This document shows, one piece after another, positions 40,095 through 49,437 of a DNA stretch of 64,000 bases (positions are counted from its first letter, which is position 1; each line of letters opens with the position of its first letter). Source of the stretch: Candidatus Thorarchaeota archaeon (GTDB taxonomy: Archaea > Asgardarchaeota > Thorarchaeia > Thorarchaeales > Thorarchaeaceae); the NCBI GenBank assembly GCA_019057475.1, contig DXJO01000046.1, forward strand, positions 64,001 through 128,000, read 5' to 3'. The notes under the pieces were generated by a model. That model was not told where the DNA came from. It ran no database searches and saw nothing but the letters and a program-made list of their open reading frames with translations. The translations under genes and the position numbers were made by a program.

Positions 40095-41570
40095 ATGGAC
40101 AACGACTCACAGACAAAGGGTTTGTTGAGTAGTGACAACATCAAGGCCTATCTTCTTACCATGTTCGGAATAGCCACCATCATAGCCCTCTACTACCTTC
40201 TCACAGGTCCCGCGGCTGCAATGCCATCACCTGATGGTCAACCTCCAGGGGGTCCACCAGGGCAGTCACCCACTAATGGCCCTGGTTTGGGAGCATTGAA
40301 CTCCTGGCCTCTCTGGGGCCAACTTGTATTACCCTCACCCGTTGAGCTGACAATCAGTATCGCCATCATGATTGCCTTTGGACTAACGGTCATGTACCTC
40401 TACGGACGGACAAGTGCTCGTCCCAGTATCTACCTGATAGTCCTGGTTGGAGTTCTCCTGATTATTGCCACCAACCTGATCCATGGCTGGCAGATTGGTA
40501 TCGAACAAACCATTTCAGGTGTCAACGAGATATTTACCGACGTACTCAGGGTGGATAACATAATTGACTTCATCAGCAACTACGAGGCGCTTCAGACAAC
40601 ACTGACAACACATGCTCAGACTCAGCCGCCTGGAGCAGTCCTCTTAGTATATCTACTCTACCTCGTCTTCAGTTCACCGGATCTAGTCGCCATTGGTCTA
40701 TGTATTGTAGCAGCAATTGGCTCAGCATTCTTTCTCCGGGGAATGGTCCGGCCCCTCTTTGATGATGACTTCGCACGATACACGGCTTTCCTCTACCTTC
40801 TCCTCCCAGCGGTCCAGGTCTACTACCTAGCTAACATCTACGCCCTTGTCGCCACCCTCGTGCTCGGCGTCCTATTCTTCTACCTCCACACAGACAGGAG
40901 AGTTGCCGCTGTGGGGGCATTCCTCAGCCTTTTCCTATTGACCTTCATCACCTTTCTCTCAGTCTTCATGGTCCTCTTCATCTATGAGACACTGAAATCC
41001 CATTCTGAGGTCGAAGCAACTGGTATCGTCCACAGGCTGAGGGCGACACTGAGGTTTCTCCAGCGCCCTGTCCTCCTCTCACTGTGTGTAGGGGGGATCT
41101 ACGGCCTGCTCCTAGTCACTCTTGACTTCAATTACATCAACGCCTTTCTCTATGCGAGCTCGTTGGAGAATCCGAATGGCTTCATGCTCCTCTCCAACCC
41201 TGTCGAATACTTCACAACTAGGATCCAAGATATCTTGGATATCGTCATCTTCTTTGGCCCTGTCCTGTCAGTACTCGCATATCGGGGTTTCGTCATGCTA
41301 CGAAAGGAGGCAACTGAGGATGCGGACTCGTCAAAGAAATACAACCTTGTCCTCTCCTCTCTCATTGCTCTGGGCCTCCTCTTTCTCGCAGGCGCTCCAA
41401 AGAAGGGAGAAACAGCCAGGATCTGCATGTTCATCCTCCCGTTCCTCCTGATTCCGGTCATCACCTACATTCAGAGGACGAACATGAGCCGCAGGAACAA
41501 GATCATCCTGCTAGCATTGGTCTTCGGACAGGCAGTGCTGCTGCAGCTCCTGGGCATCTGGGTGTGGTGA
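40095..41570 (+). CDS. Polytopic membrane protein, possible GT-C-fold glycosyltransferase
   Basis: About 12 TM segments, THAQTQPPG loop (HPPG-like), GETARI; function inferred. Confidence 0.6.
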   Translation: MDNDSQTKGLLSSDNIKAYLLTMFGIATIIALYYLLTGPAAAMPSPDGQPPGGPPGQSPTNGPGLGALNSWPLWGQLVLPSPVELTISIAIMIAFGLTVMYLYGRTSARPSIYLIVLVGVLLIIATNLIHGWQIGIEQTISGVNEIFTDVLRVDNIIDFISNYEALQTTLTTHAQTQPPGAVLLVYLLYLVFSSPDLVAIGLCIVAAIGSAFFLRGMVRPLFDDDFARYTAFLYLLLPAVQVYYLANIYALVATLVLGVLFFYLHTDRRVAAVGAFLSLFLLTFITFLSVFMVLFIYETLKSHSEVEATGIVHRLRATLRFLQRPVLLSLCVGGIYGLLLVTLDFNYINAFLYASSLENPNGFMLLSNPVEYFTTRIQDILDIVIFFGPVLSVLAYRGFVMLRKEATEDADSSKKYNLVLSSLIALGLLFLAGAPKKGETARICMFILPFLLIPVITYIQRTNMSRRNKIILLALVFGQAVLLQLLGIWVW

Positions 41571-41660
41571 GTAGGAGATGGGTGTACTTGAGGAAGGTAA
41601 ACTCATCGAATTCAGATATGAGGGAAACATACACTATATACGGAGGTCACAAAGTAGAAG

Positions 41661-41729
41661 AAGATCGTCATGGGACGGGAGATATTCGGTCCTGAGAACC
41701 TGCCCCACAGGCAAGAGAAACAGATGTAA
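41661..41729 (+). repeat. R1: acd 3'-end copy (KIVMGREIFGPENLPHRQEKQM*)
   Basis: aagatcgtcatgggacgggagatattcggtcctgagaacctgccccacaggcaagagaaacagatgtaa. Confidence 0.95.
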
Positions 41730-41794
41730 TTCCTACTTGACCGAATAGTAAAGAAGCCCTTGAGTCACCTTTTCCGATCCTTTTTGATCATAGC

Positions 41795-42565
41795 CTACTG
41801 AATGAAGGCTAAACTCACCTCGGGTCCAGTACTGCTATTGACATACCATGTGCCGAAGTAGCCAATATATACCCACGTGACCGTTACCTGAACACTCACC
41901 ACGAGCCCTTCACCTTCCTGCACCTTCAGACCTATTGAAGCCACGAACTTCTCCTTCATGACATGCACTACTAGTGGCCAGCCCCCAAATCCACTAATGT
42001 CCCATCTTGCCCAGTTCATATTCGTGTCATTCCCACAATATCGGAATGCGACATATCCTGCTCCTATCCCGAAGTGCCGGTAAGGGGTGAGCCAACCCGG
42101 ATCTGGATGTCTGAATGAAAAGAGCAGCTTAGGGGGTCCAACGCTAGAATTACAGGATGAGATGTTCAACTGAACCGTGATGTATGAAGGACAAATGGTT
42201 GAGTCATTGCCGTGCCTGATATCTAATAGATGATATTCGATGAAGTAAAAGTCATTCTCGGGTATCTCGTCAGCGATTCTGAATGCACTGAGCTGAACTC
42301 CGAGGCTTTCATCCTCCTTCGAACTGGAACTGATATGAAAAAGATCTGCTGGAAATACGTCCCTCTCATACGACGGGGGGGTGATGGTTATAGGTAGAAA
42401 TAGGGCGGATAACACAATCACTATCAACAAGATTGCGATACCTCTCCAGTGTTTCACAGCCAATGCCATCCTCTTTGCTTGCAACCCGTGACTCTTTACG
42501 TATTCGGCCTGTTTAGGAGGGGGATTGCCCAAATCATCATATACTGGTTTTGATATTAAAATCAA
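41795..42565 (-). CDS. Hypothetical membrane-anchored protein (true start probably internal)
   Basis: Single N-terminal TM/signal segment (GIAILLIVIVLSALFL) followed by a beta-rich domain; sole gene between R1 and R2. Confidence 0.65.
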   Translation of the reverse strand: MILISKPVYDDLGNPPPKQAEYVKSHGLQAKRMALAVKHWRGIAILLIVIVLSALFLPITITPPSYERDVFPADLFHISSSSKEDESLGVQLSAFRIADEIPENDFYFIEYHLLDIRHGNDSTICPSYITVQLNISSCNSSVGPPKLLFSFRHPDPGWLTPYRHFGIGAGYVAFRYCGNDTNMNWARWDISGFGGWPLVVHVMKEKFVASIGLKVQEGEGLVVSVQVTVTWVYIGYFGTWYVNSSTGPEVSLAFIQ

Positions 42566-42645
42566 TCTGATTCCATCATCTGGTTGGTCAGTGCCCTCAG
42601 GTTAAACAGTCTATACCAGCGGACCCATTGGATGAATCTTCCAAA

Positions 42646-42760
42646 GTGATGGCTAGGGAGGTAGATGGCCCTGAGAACCTGCCCTCGAAACAAGAGAAGC
42701 AGATGTAGTTATGACCGCAGTATTGAGAGAAGTTCGTCCTCTCTCCCTCACTCTTTCTTC
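42646..42760 (+). repeat. R2: acd 3'-end copy (VMAREVDGPENLPSKQEKQM*) plus hairpin, type B arm
   Basis: gtgatggctagggaggtagatggccctgagaacctgccctcgaaacaagagaagcagatgtag...gagagaagttcgtcctctctccctcactcttt. Confidence 0.9.
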
Positions 42761-42767
42761 GCTTGAA

Positions 42768-45443
42768 CTACTTTCTTCTGAATCGCATAACAACTATCAC
42801 TACAGCAACCACGGCGACACCGATACCTACGAAGACAATCAACATGGTGTTGTCACCTGTAACTGTAACTAGGACTGTATCAGAAGCCCAATTGCCATAA
42901 CTATCTGTGATAACCAAAGTATAGTTGTAGACTCCTGGAGATAACCCATCAACCGCGAAAGAGATAGGCTGACCATCCCAACTCCCGTAACTCACTGATA
43001 TTTGATTCCTAAGAATCTCAAATGAATGCGGATAAGGATCCTCAGGATGCCATGTGATTGAGCTACCTGTCACGCCCCATAGATATCCCACATCTAGGGG
43101 AGTATCTATCGTGGGTGGAGTTGTATCAATAGCTGATACGTGGACTTCATCTTTAGCTTGATTGCCATCTATATCGAATACTACTAACGTGAAGTTATAG
43201 AGTCCAACTTCAAGGTTATCCAATGGCACTACTATATCAGAACCATCCCATTCTCCTGAATCTATTAATGACTGGTTTCTATATACTTCATAAGCGATTG
43301 GATGCAAGTCTGATACATTCCAAGTGATAGATTCACCTGTGCAAAATGCTTCAAATTGTGCTATTGCGGGATGAATGATGTATGGATTAGTCCCGTCCTT
43401 TACGAAAACAAATACCGTATCTGATCCAGCGTTTGCACACGTATCATTGACAGTAATTGTGAAGTTATGAGAACCATAATTTAGATTATCTATTGAGATT
43501 ATGATACTTGAGCCATCCCACGGACCAGAGCTGTAGGGTGTTCCGTTTCTCTTCACTTCATATGCTACAGGGTGGGATTCTACTGGTGTCCAAGTAATTG
43601 TGGTGCCGATTTCACCTTCATTGTATTCGACATCTTCAGGATGATCCAAGATTGGGATATCAGTATCTCCCTTTGTTGGATAATGATCAATGGCATTCGC
43701 AGAACCAGCAATCGAGTAAGTGCCTATTCCTTCATAATCGCCCCAGGCGTTTCCAATTGAAATTCCATCATCCCACTGATTACTGGATCCATCATCTTGA
43801 GCATTGATATTATTCCAACCAATGAGGTTCCCATATATCGTATTACCAGAACTCGCTTGAACTAGCCTTATTCCTGTGGCGTAGTTTTCATAAATCTCAT
43901 TGTTTGTTATAATGCAGTTGTTTGCGTTCTGTAAATATAATCCAGTAGAGTGGGTATCATGGATGCTATTGCGGACAAGTGTGCAATTGTTCAGACTAAT
44001 GAAACCGATACCCCATTGGCCACTATCGTTGATAGTGTTGTTTGTAAACATGCAGTCGGCGGAATAAGAAACCAATACACCCATCGAATTACTAGTGATA
44101 GTGTTGTTAGTCAGCCTGCACCTATCGGAATATTCGAAATGAACACCACTATATTCATTATCGTAAAAGGTATTATTGAATAATTCGCAGTCGTCCGAGC
44201 CTTGGAGCTTGATCCCTTTGTAATTATCATGGAGGGTGCTTCTAGTTATAGTGACATTTGTGCAGTAGCCCAATAGGATTCCAAAGTCAGTTGTGGAAAT
44301 GTCTGCGTTTTCAATAGTGACTCCTGTGCTGTCTGCCAAGATAAGCTGACCATACATGCTTGCATCAATCACAGTGTTGGTCACACTTCTATTATATCCC
44401 AAAGCCCTCCCGTTCACAGTGTTGTTAGCAAAATTGTGCTGCCAACTACTAAGGATATCCACCCCATTGTTTACGAAAGTATTATCGATTAGAGTGCAAT
44501 TATAGGAGTTATTGATCTCCAATCCCGTTTCATCATTGTCACGAATTGTATTGTTCATGTAGATAGTATGGGAGGAATCTAAGTTACGAATTCCCATCGC
44601 TCTGTTATCGTAGACTGTATTGTTGACGATTACTGAACGAGTTGAATGCGAAATAGCAATCCCATCATGAGGATTGTTATAGAACTCGTTGTTGATTAGC
44701 TTGCAGTCTGAGCTATAACCAAAGAATATTCCTGATGCAATATCGTGGAATTCGCCATTCTGAACTGTGACATTCGAACAATATGCCAAAATTACTTCAC
44801 CAAATGAACTACCTTCAATAATGGAATCTGATAGGTCACGAAAGTATCCTAAAGGTTTGCCATGTACTGTAGTGCTACTAATGTTGTGTCGCCATCCTCG
44901 ATTGTATCCAGCCATAGACACTCCACTGTCTACAAGTGTATTGTTCGTCAATGTACAGTTCTCAGACCATGCGAGCCTTATTCCTTCTTGCTCATTGTCG
45001 TAGAAGGTACAATTAGTAATCAAACAATAATCTGCCCAATAAGCATGAATACCTGACCATTTTGTATGGATCTCACACATGTCTATTGTGGCGTGGGGAG
45101 TATCGCGAAGATAGATCCCAAATTGCCCTGAACCAGTTATAAGACAATTACGAATGACAAAATGTGACGCCACCTCACTAATGTGGATGGCAGTTCCTGA
45201 TTGATTTATACTCACACCTTCTAATACATGCGGATCGCCTTGGATTCCTGTGCCAGTAAATCCTGCTAGTGCAAAATCTGCTTCAGCATTTATAACAATG
45301 GGAGTATGATGAATATACGCTGAAGTAGTATGTGTATTGCGAGTCAAGAATTCTGTACTAGTTGTGATTGATCCTAATGGTAGCATCATAATAGTAGTAA
45401 TTAAAATAGCAGATAATCCAAAGAAAATCATCGAATTCCTCAA
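42768..45443 (-). CDS. Cell-surface protein: NosD/CASH parallel beta-helix, Ig-like repeats, C-terminal TM anchor
   Basis: Signal peptide, many GI.L..S.NC.I.NN repeats, three W...D.HP..YE...N...G.WDG repeats, TM followed by RFRRK; visibly AT-rich. Confidence 0.88.
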   Translation of the reverse strand: MRNSMIFFGLSAILITTIMMLPLGSITTSTEFLTRNTHTTSAYIHHTPIVINAEADFALAGFTGTGIQGDPHVLEGVSINQSGTAIHISEVASHFVIRNCLITGSGQFGIYLRDTPHATIDMCEIHTKWSGIHAYWADYCLITNCTFYDNEQEGIRLAWSENCTLTNNTLVDSGVSMAGYNRGWRHNISSTTVHGKPLGYFRDLSDSIIEGSSFGEVILAYCSNVTVQNGEFHDIASGIFFGYSSDCKLINNEFYNNPHDGIAISHSTRSVIVNNTVYDNRAMGIRNLDSSHTIYMNNTIRDNDETGLEINNSYNCTLIDNTFVNNGVDILSSWQHNFANNTVNGRALGYNRSVTNTVIDASMYGQLILADSTGVTIENADISTTDFGILLGYCTNVTITRSTLHDNYKGIKLQGSDDCELFNNTFYDNEYSGVHFEYSDRCRLTNNTITSNSMGVLVSYSADCMFTNNTINDSGQWGIGFISLNNCTLVRNSIHDTHSTGLYLQNANNCIITNNEIYENYATGIRLVQASSGNTIYGNLIGWNNINAQDDGSSNQWDDGISIGNAWGDYEGIGTYSIAGSANAIDHYPTKGDTDIPILDHPEDVEYNEGEIGTTITWTPVESHPVAYEVKRNGTPYSSGPWDGSSIIISIDNLNYGSHNFTITVNDTCANAGSDTVFVFVKDGTNPYIIHPAIAQFEAFCTGESITWNVSDLHPIAYEVYRNQSLIDSGEWDGSDIVVPLDNLEVGLYNFTLVVFDIDGNQAKDEVHVSAIDTTPPTIDTPLDVGYLWGVTGSSITWHPEDPYPHSFEILRNQISVSYGSWDGQPISFAVDGLSPGVYNYTLVITDSYGNWASDTVLVTVTGDNTMLIVFVGIGVAVVAVVIVVMRFRRK

Positions 45444-45629
45444 AATCCCACCTCAGTAAGCTTGCTAGTTGGGCTGCCACCGATGGAATCCTTAACTCTT
45501 GAAATGATGTCTAACCCAATTGAACCTTAACCAGCCATACATATGATTTTAACCTTTCGCCATTGCGTTTTGCGACATCAGTTTTGACAAAGAATCAAGA
45601 ATAAAAGGCCCAGAAAAAATACTGCAATT

Positions 45630-46196
45630 CTACAACAATTGGTACAATTCGCCCAGTATCTCCAGAGCGAAGTTCTTGGCATTCTTGATGTCGTTTGTAT
45701 CGGGGTGTCTTCTCAACTCAAGCATGTATTTCGCCCACTCGACTTCGTCAGTTATTATCTCCCGCTTAATGAAGGCCTCGATATCGGGGCTGGCTTTGCC
45801 CCTACAGTTGAAATATCCTAGAAACTCGACGTTCTTCTCCCTGCTTGCTTCTTCAAACGTTAGGTGACACCTGCCCGCCCATTTATCATAGAAATTTCTT
45901 CCCCGTCCACCAAGGTCAGGCATGTAGGTTGAGTGTGTGAAGAATCCTGCGAGTTTGAAGCCTGGTGACATAGGTAACCGTTCTAGGAATTCCTTCACTG
46001 GAAACGCCAAATCAGTACTATGGCATGGAGCGCCAACAAAGAGCAAGCCATATTGGTTCAGAGTTCCGGGGTCTACTCTGCTAACGCTCGCAATATCTGC
46101 CTCAGCATGCGTGGATATCTCCTCATGAATGGACTCGGCAATCTGTTTGGTATTGCCAGTCTGAGAGAAGTAAACAATCAGGGCTTTCATGACCAA
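45630..46196 (-). CDS. Flavodoxin-domain protein
   Basis: IVYFSQTGNTKQIAE. Confidence 0.88.
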   Translation of the reverse strand: MVMKALIVYFSQTGNTKQIAESIHEEISTHAEADIASVSRVDPGTLNQYGLLFVGAPCHSTDLAFPVKEFLERLPMSPGFKLAGFFTHSTYMPDLGGRGRNFYDKWAGRCHLTFEEASREKNVEFLGYFNCRGKASPDIEAFIKREIITDEVEWAKYMLELRRHPDTNDIKNAKNFALEILGELYQLL

Positions 46197-46236
46197 AATC
46201 CTAACGTTTTGGCATAAAAGAATAATGCTGTAAATT

Positions 46237-46284
46237 TCATTCTAGTTCGAGAGAGGCGAGTCCTCTCTCCCTCTCTCCTTTTTC
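46237..46284 (+). repeat. R3: right-half-only copy (post-stop arm plus hairpin)
   Basis: tcattctagttcgagagaggcgagtcctctctccctctctccttttt; the coding part is missing. Confidence 0.88.
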
Positions 46285-46299
46285 TGGGCAACTGACTGA

Positions 46300-47748
46300 T
46301 TAACCCTCGTCAGATACGATCTCTTCTTCTGCAACCTCAGATTCGACTGATTCTTCTTCAGTAGGTATTGGATAGCTAAGTCCTCTTCGCATCAATAGCA
46401 CTCCCACGAACGAAACCAGACTACAGAGTATCAGGGCCAGGGGGACTCCATACTCCGTTATGATCCAGCCATAAAGTGAAATCTGTGGCATCGAAAAGAG
46501 CAGCATCAGAGTTGGGAACAATGAATACACACTATTCCTGACTCGTGTGGGAATCGCATCGATGAGCACTCGTTGAGTCAGGACGGTTTCAATCTGTCCA
46601 AATGCACCTGTCACAGTATAGATGATGAAGATCAGTGCTACAGGAAGCAACGACTCAACAGGCACTGCAAGAATCACAATATCAGTGAATGGGAATGTGA
46701 GTGTGAGCATTGACAAGCTTGCCAGTTGAGGTGGGAATACAAACATGAGAAGGGCAAGCAAGAGGAGAAACAGGGTGCTCTGGACGAATTTCAGACGGGG
46801 AATCCATTTCCTAGGCTCGTACTTTTGCGCCCAGACACCGGATCTCTCTGTATAGAAGATGCGAGGAATTGTGATGAGTGAAACTAGACTCGCAACTGCA
46901 AAGTCTACACTCAGGTATTGGTAGAACATGGGAGTCATGATCAGTACAGCCGAGATAATCACTGTACTTGCAACCATCATAAGTCCAACAATCGTATATT
47001 TCGCAAACGGACTGCCAAAGACATAGCCAATTCCACCCTTCAGAAGCGAGAAGTATTCACCGACTGACGGTTTCTCTTCCTTGCCCTCCTTAAGCTCAGG
47101 AAGGTCTTGGATAAGCCACATAGATGCGATTGCTAATCCTATACATAATACAAACTGGAGTTGAAAGACCCAGGCCCTACCAAAGAGAGCTGCTAGAAGA
47201 CCACCGGGGACCATCACAATTGCATCCACTAGGAAGAATAGGCCCAATGCCTTCCCACGAAAGACTCCATACTGCATTCTCTCCTGATCCTCTGGTGCCG
47301 CGACTCGATAGTTGTTGTCCAACCACGCGTCAAGCGCACCACTCTCTAAGGCCCCACCAATTCCTAACAGCACCATGACAACAACGAAGTAGAAGAAAGA
47401 TGTATCAATCGTGGCTAATGAGAGGAGATAGAGAGATAGTCCGTAGGTGAGAAAGGCTCCAGCCAGAAGATAGCGCTGCCCTATCCAATCGCCGATACTG
47501 CCTGTTGGATAGTCCAGTATCGTCTGGGAGGCCATATTGATGACAATCAGAACTCCAAGTAGAGCCATGCCTTCGATATACCGTCCGGGTCCACCTCCGA
47601 GTAGGTCTGCTATGTAGATGAACAGGAAGGTCATGCTCATCATAAGGCTCAGAGTGTCTAGGACCTTGAGTACTGTGAATGCCTTAGCAATCCTGATTGT
47701 CCTGCCGTTCGCCTCAGATAGACCGAACGATGATGCAAATCGTCCCAT
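46300..47748 (-). CDS. MFS transporter
   Basis: 12 TM segments, DYPTGSIGDWIGQR, ALESGALDAW, IPTRVRNS; the track start is 47775. Confidence 0.9.
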   Translation of the reverse strand: MGRFASSFGLSEANGRTIRIAKAFTVLKVLDTLSLMMSMTFLFIYIADLLGGGPGRYIEGMALLGVLIVINMASQTILDYPTGSIGDWIGQRYLLAGAFLTYGLSLYLLSLATIDTSFFYFVVVMVLLGIGGALESGALDAWLDNNYRVAAPEDQERMQYGVFRGKALGLFFLVDAIVMVPGGLLAALFGRAWVFQLQFVLCIGLAIASMWLIQDLPELKEGKEEKPSVGEYFSLLKGGIGYVFGSPFAKYTIVGLMMVASTVIISAVLIMTPMFYQYLSVDFAVASLVSLITIPRIFYTERSGVWAQKYEPRKWIPRLKFVQSTLFLLLLALLMFVFPPQLASLSMLTLTFPFTDIVILAVPVESLLPVALIFIIYTVTGAFGQIETVLTQRVLIDAIPTRVRNSVYSLFPTLMLLFSMPQISLYGWIITEYGVPLALILCSLVSFVGVLLMRRGLSYPIPTEEESVESEVAEEEIVSDEG

Positions 47749-47876
47749 AGAGAAACCTCCTAACTCACAATCCAAAGATGTTGGAAAACGGGTGTTTAAT
47801 CCATCATAAATATTGTTAGTTGAGGATTATCAAGGCATCTGAAGGATATTAAAGAGCGCTTCAGAGAATTCATCCA

Positions 47877-48046
47877 ATCGTCATAGGAAGGGAGATTTTC
47901 GGACCTGAGAACCTGCCCTGCAGACAAGAGAAGCAGAAGTAGTTCTCATTCTAGTTTGAGAGAGGCCAGCCCTCTCTCCATCTCTCTTTTTCCTCACCCA
48001 CCCCAGTACTAATCCTCCTCAATGCGATAAGTTGCACAATATGCTC
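47877..48046 (+). repeat. R4: acd 3'-end copy (IVIGREIFGPENLPCRQEKQK*) with ~100 bp of downstream sequence closely matching R0
   Basis: Continues ctcacccaccccagtactaatcctcctcaatgcgataagttgcacaat, matching 38139-38186. Confidence 0.95.
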
Positions 48047-48343
48047 GGCGATTTGCGCAATTACGGAAGATATCGTGAAATAATACCCTCTAGCGCCCCT
48101 TGTGCTCCCTTATTATTCTCGCAGCATTTGCAAAACCGATGTGAATTTTCGGCAAATCGGCAAGGCAGAAGTTTTATTACAAAGATAACATAGGTATTTT
48201 GGGAATTTCGAATTCATCAATTTTGCATGGTGGAACTCTCAAGCCCGGTTTCATCTACGTTGGCCCTATTGGAAACTATGCTTGTGTCCTACACGACATT
48301 CCCAAGTTTCTGTTCTACAGGCATGAGCTGTAGGTATTGAGGT

Positions 48344-48991
48344 TCACTTCCGTAATCCACGCAGTCGCTCCAGAATAGCATCCCATTTGAGCACAACAAC
48401 ATTCCGTAATCCACGCAGTCGCTCCAGAACAGCATCCCGTTTGAACACAACAACAATTAAGATGCATCCAATGAGTACCGCAGCTGTGATGCCATAAACC
48501 ACACCTAGTGGTAAACCAAGTGCCGGTTGGTCGGTACCAGTTGAAGTTGTTGGTGTTGTGGTTGTTGTGGTTGTTGTGGTTGTTGTGGTTGTTGTGGTTG
48601 TTGTGGTTGTTGTTTCCGAAATCACAATCCAACTTGCTAGAAACTGTCCTTTACTGCATGTGGCAACCAAAGTTAGGTTATCATCATGTGATGCTTGAAC
48701 GTCAAATGTATCGTACATCCCATATTTGTGCGTTTGATTCTCATAAGTCCGGTTTAGATAGGAAACATCATTCTTCATTATTTCAATGAGCTCAATGTAA
48801 TGGGTCTTAACGTTTGCCACGAAGTGTGTGACGTTGGCTTTGAGAATCTGTGCATCATAGTCATACTCAAGAGAGATATCAGAAGGGGGTGAAGCCGCAA
48901 TAGGCTCTGTTTGGTGCAGAACAAACAACAACATTATCAGTAGTATGATTGCTGTCCGACTGATTTCTTTGCAGGAGTTCATTGTTTTCAC
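48344..48991 (-). CDS. Secreted/membrane protein with poly-Thr linker, TM helix and duplicated C-terminal tail
   Basis: Signal peptide, H......HYI..I.I domain, run of ~20 Thr, TM segment. Confidence 0.8.
   Translation of the reverse strand: MKTMNSCKEISRTAIILLIMLLFVLHQTEPIAASPPSDISLEYDYDAQILKANVTHFVANVKTHYIELIEIMKNDVSYLNRTYENQTHKYGMYDTFDVQASHDDNLTLVATCSKGQFLASWIVISETTTTTTTTTTTTTTTTTTTTPTTSTGTDQPALGLPLGVVYGITAAVLIGCILIVVVFKRDAVLERLRGLRNVVVLKWDAILERLRGLRK
48348..48455. repeat. 54-bp tandem duplication, 2 copies (18 aa each)
   Basis: ttccgtaatccacgcagtcgctccagaa starts at both 48348 and 48402. Confidence 0.9.
48555..48613. repeat. (GTTGTTGTG)n simple repeat encoding poly-Thr
   Basis: About 6 copies of a 9-bp unit. 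Confidence 0.9.
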
Positions 48992-49193
48992 AAATTATCG
49001 TTGGAGATGCAACATAAAAAACAATTGCAGATGGTGTTAGCATTAGACTAATCGTCTACTCAATCTCAGATTTCATCGTCAAGGACTTGAAGTGGAAACG
49101 CTAAGCTATTCTCCAACACAAAGAGAGGCTACAGATATAGGAACGATTTGATATGAATTAGATATGTGGTGCCTAATGCCTTCAACCCAGTTT

Positions 49194-49240
49194 CAATCGC
49201 CAAGAGAAGCAGAAGTAGTTCGAAAATGAGAAAGGGGACT
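49194..49240 (+). repeat. R5: internally deleted copy with type C arm
   Basis: caatcg-c-caagagaagcagaagtagttcgaaaatgagaaagggga. Confidence 0.8.
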
Positions 49241-49271
49241 CATAAATACTGCATGGTTTTTTTAGATGATG

Positions 49272-49388
49272 ATAGTCATGGCTCGGGAAATTTTCGATCC
49301 TGAGAATCTGCCCTACAGACAAGAGAGGCAGATGTAGATTCAATCATCAGCTTGAGAGAGGCTCGTCCTCTCTCCCTCACTCTTTTTC
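49272..49388 (+). repeat. R6: acd 3'-end copy (IVMAREIFDPENLPYRQERQM*) plus hairpin, type B arm
   Basis: atagtcatggctcgggaaattttcgatcctgagaatctgccctacagacaagagaggcagatgtag...gagagaggctcgtcctctctccctcactcttttt. Confidence 0.95.
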
Positions 49389-49437
49389 ATGTGCCTGTTA
49401 TGAGAGAGGTGCTGTCCAGATGTTTCTCTAGACCTCT

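Noticed and set aside
48508-48789. ORFs with LLW or HNN repeats (48508-48789 +, 48315-48632 -)
   Set aside because: They are alternative frames of the poly-Thr simple repeat.
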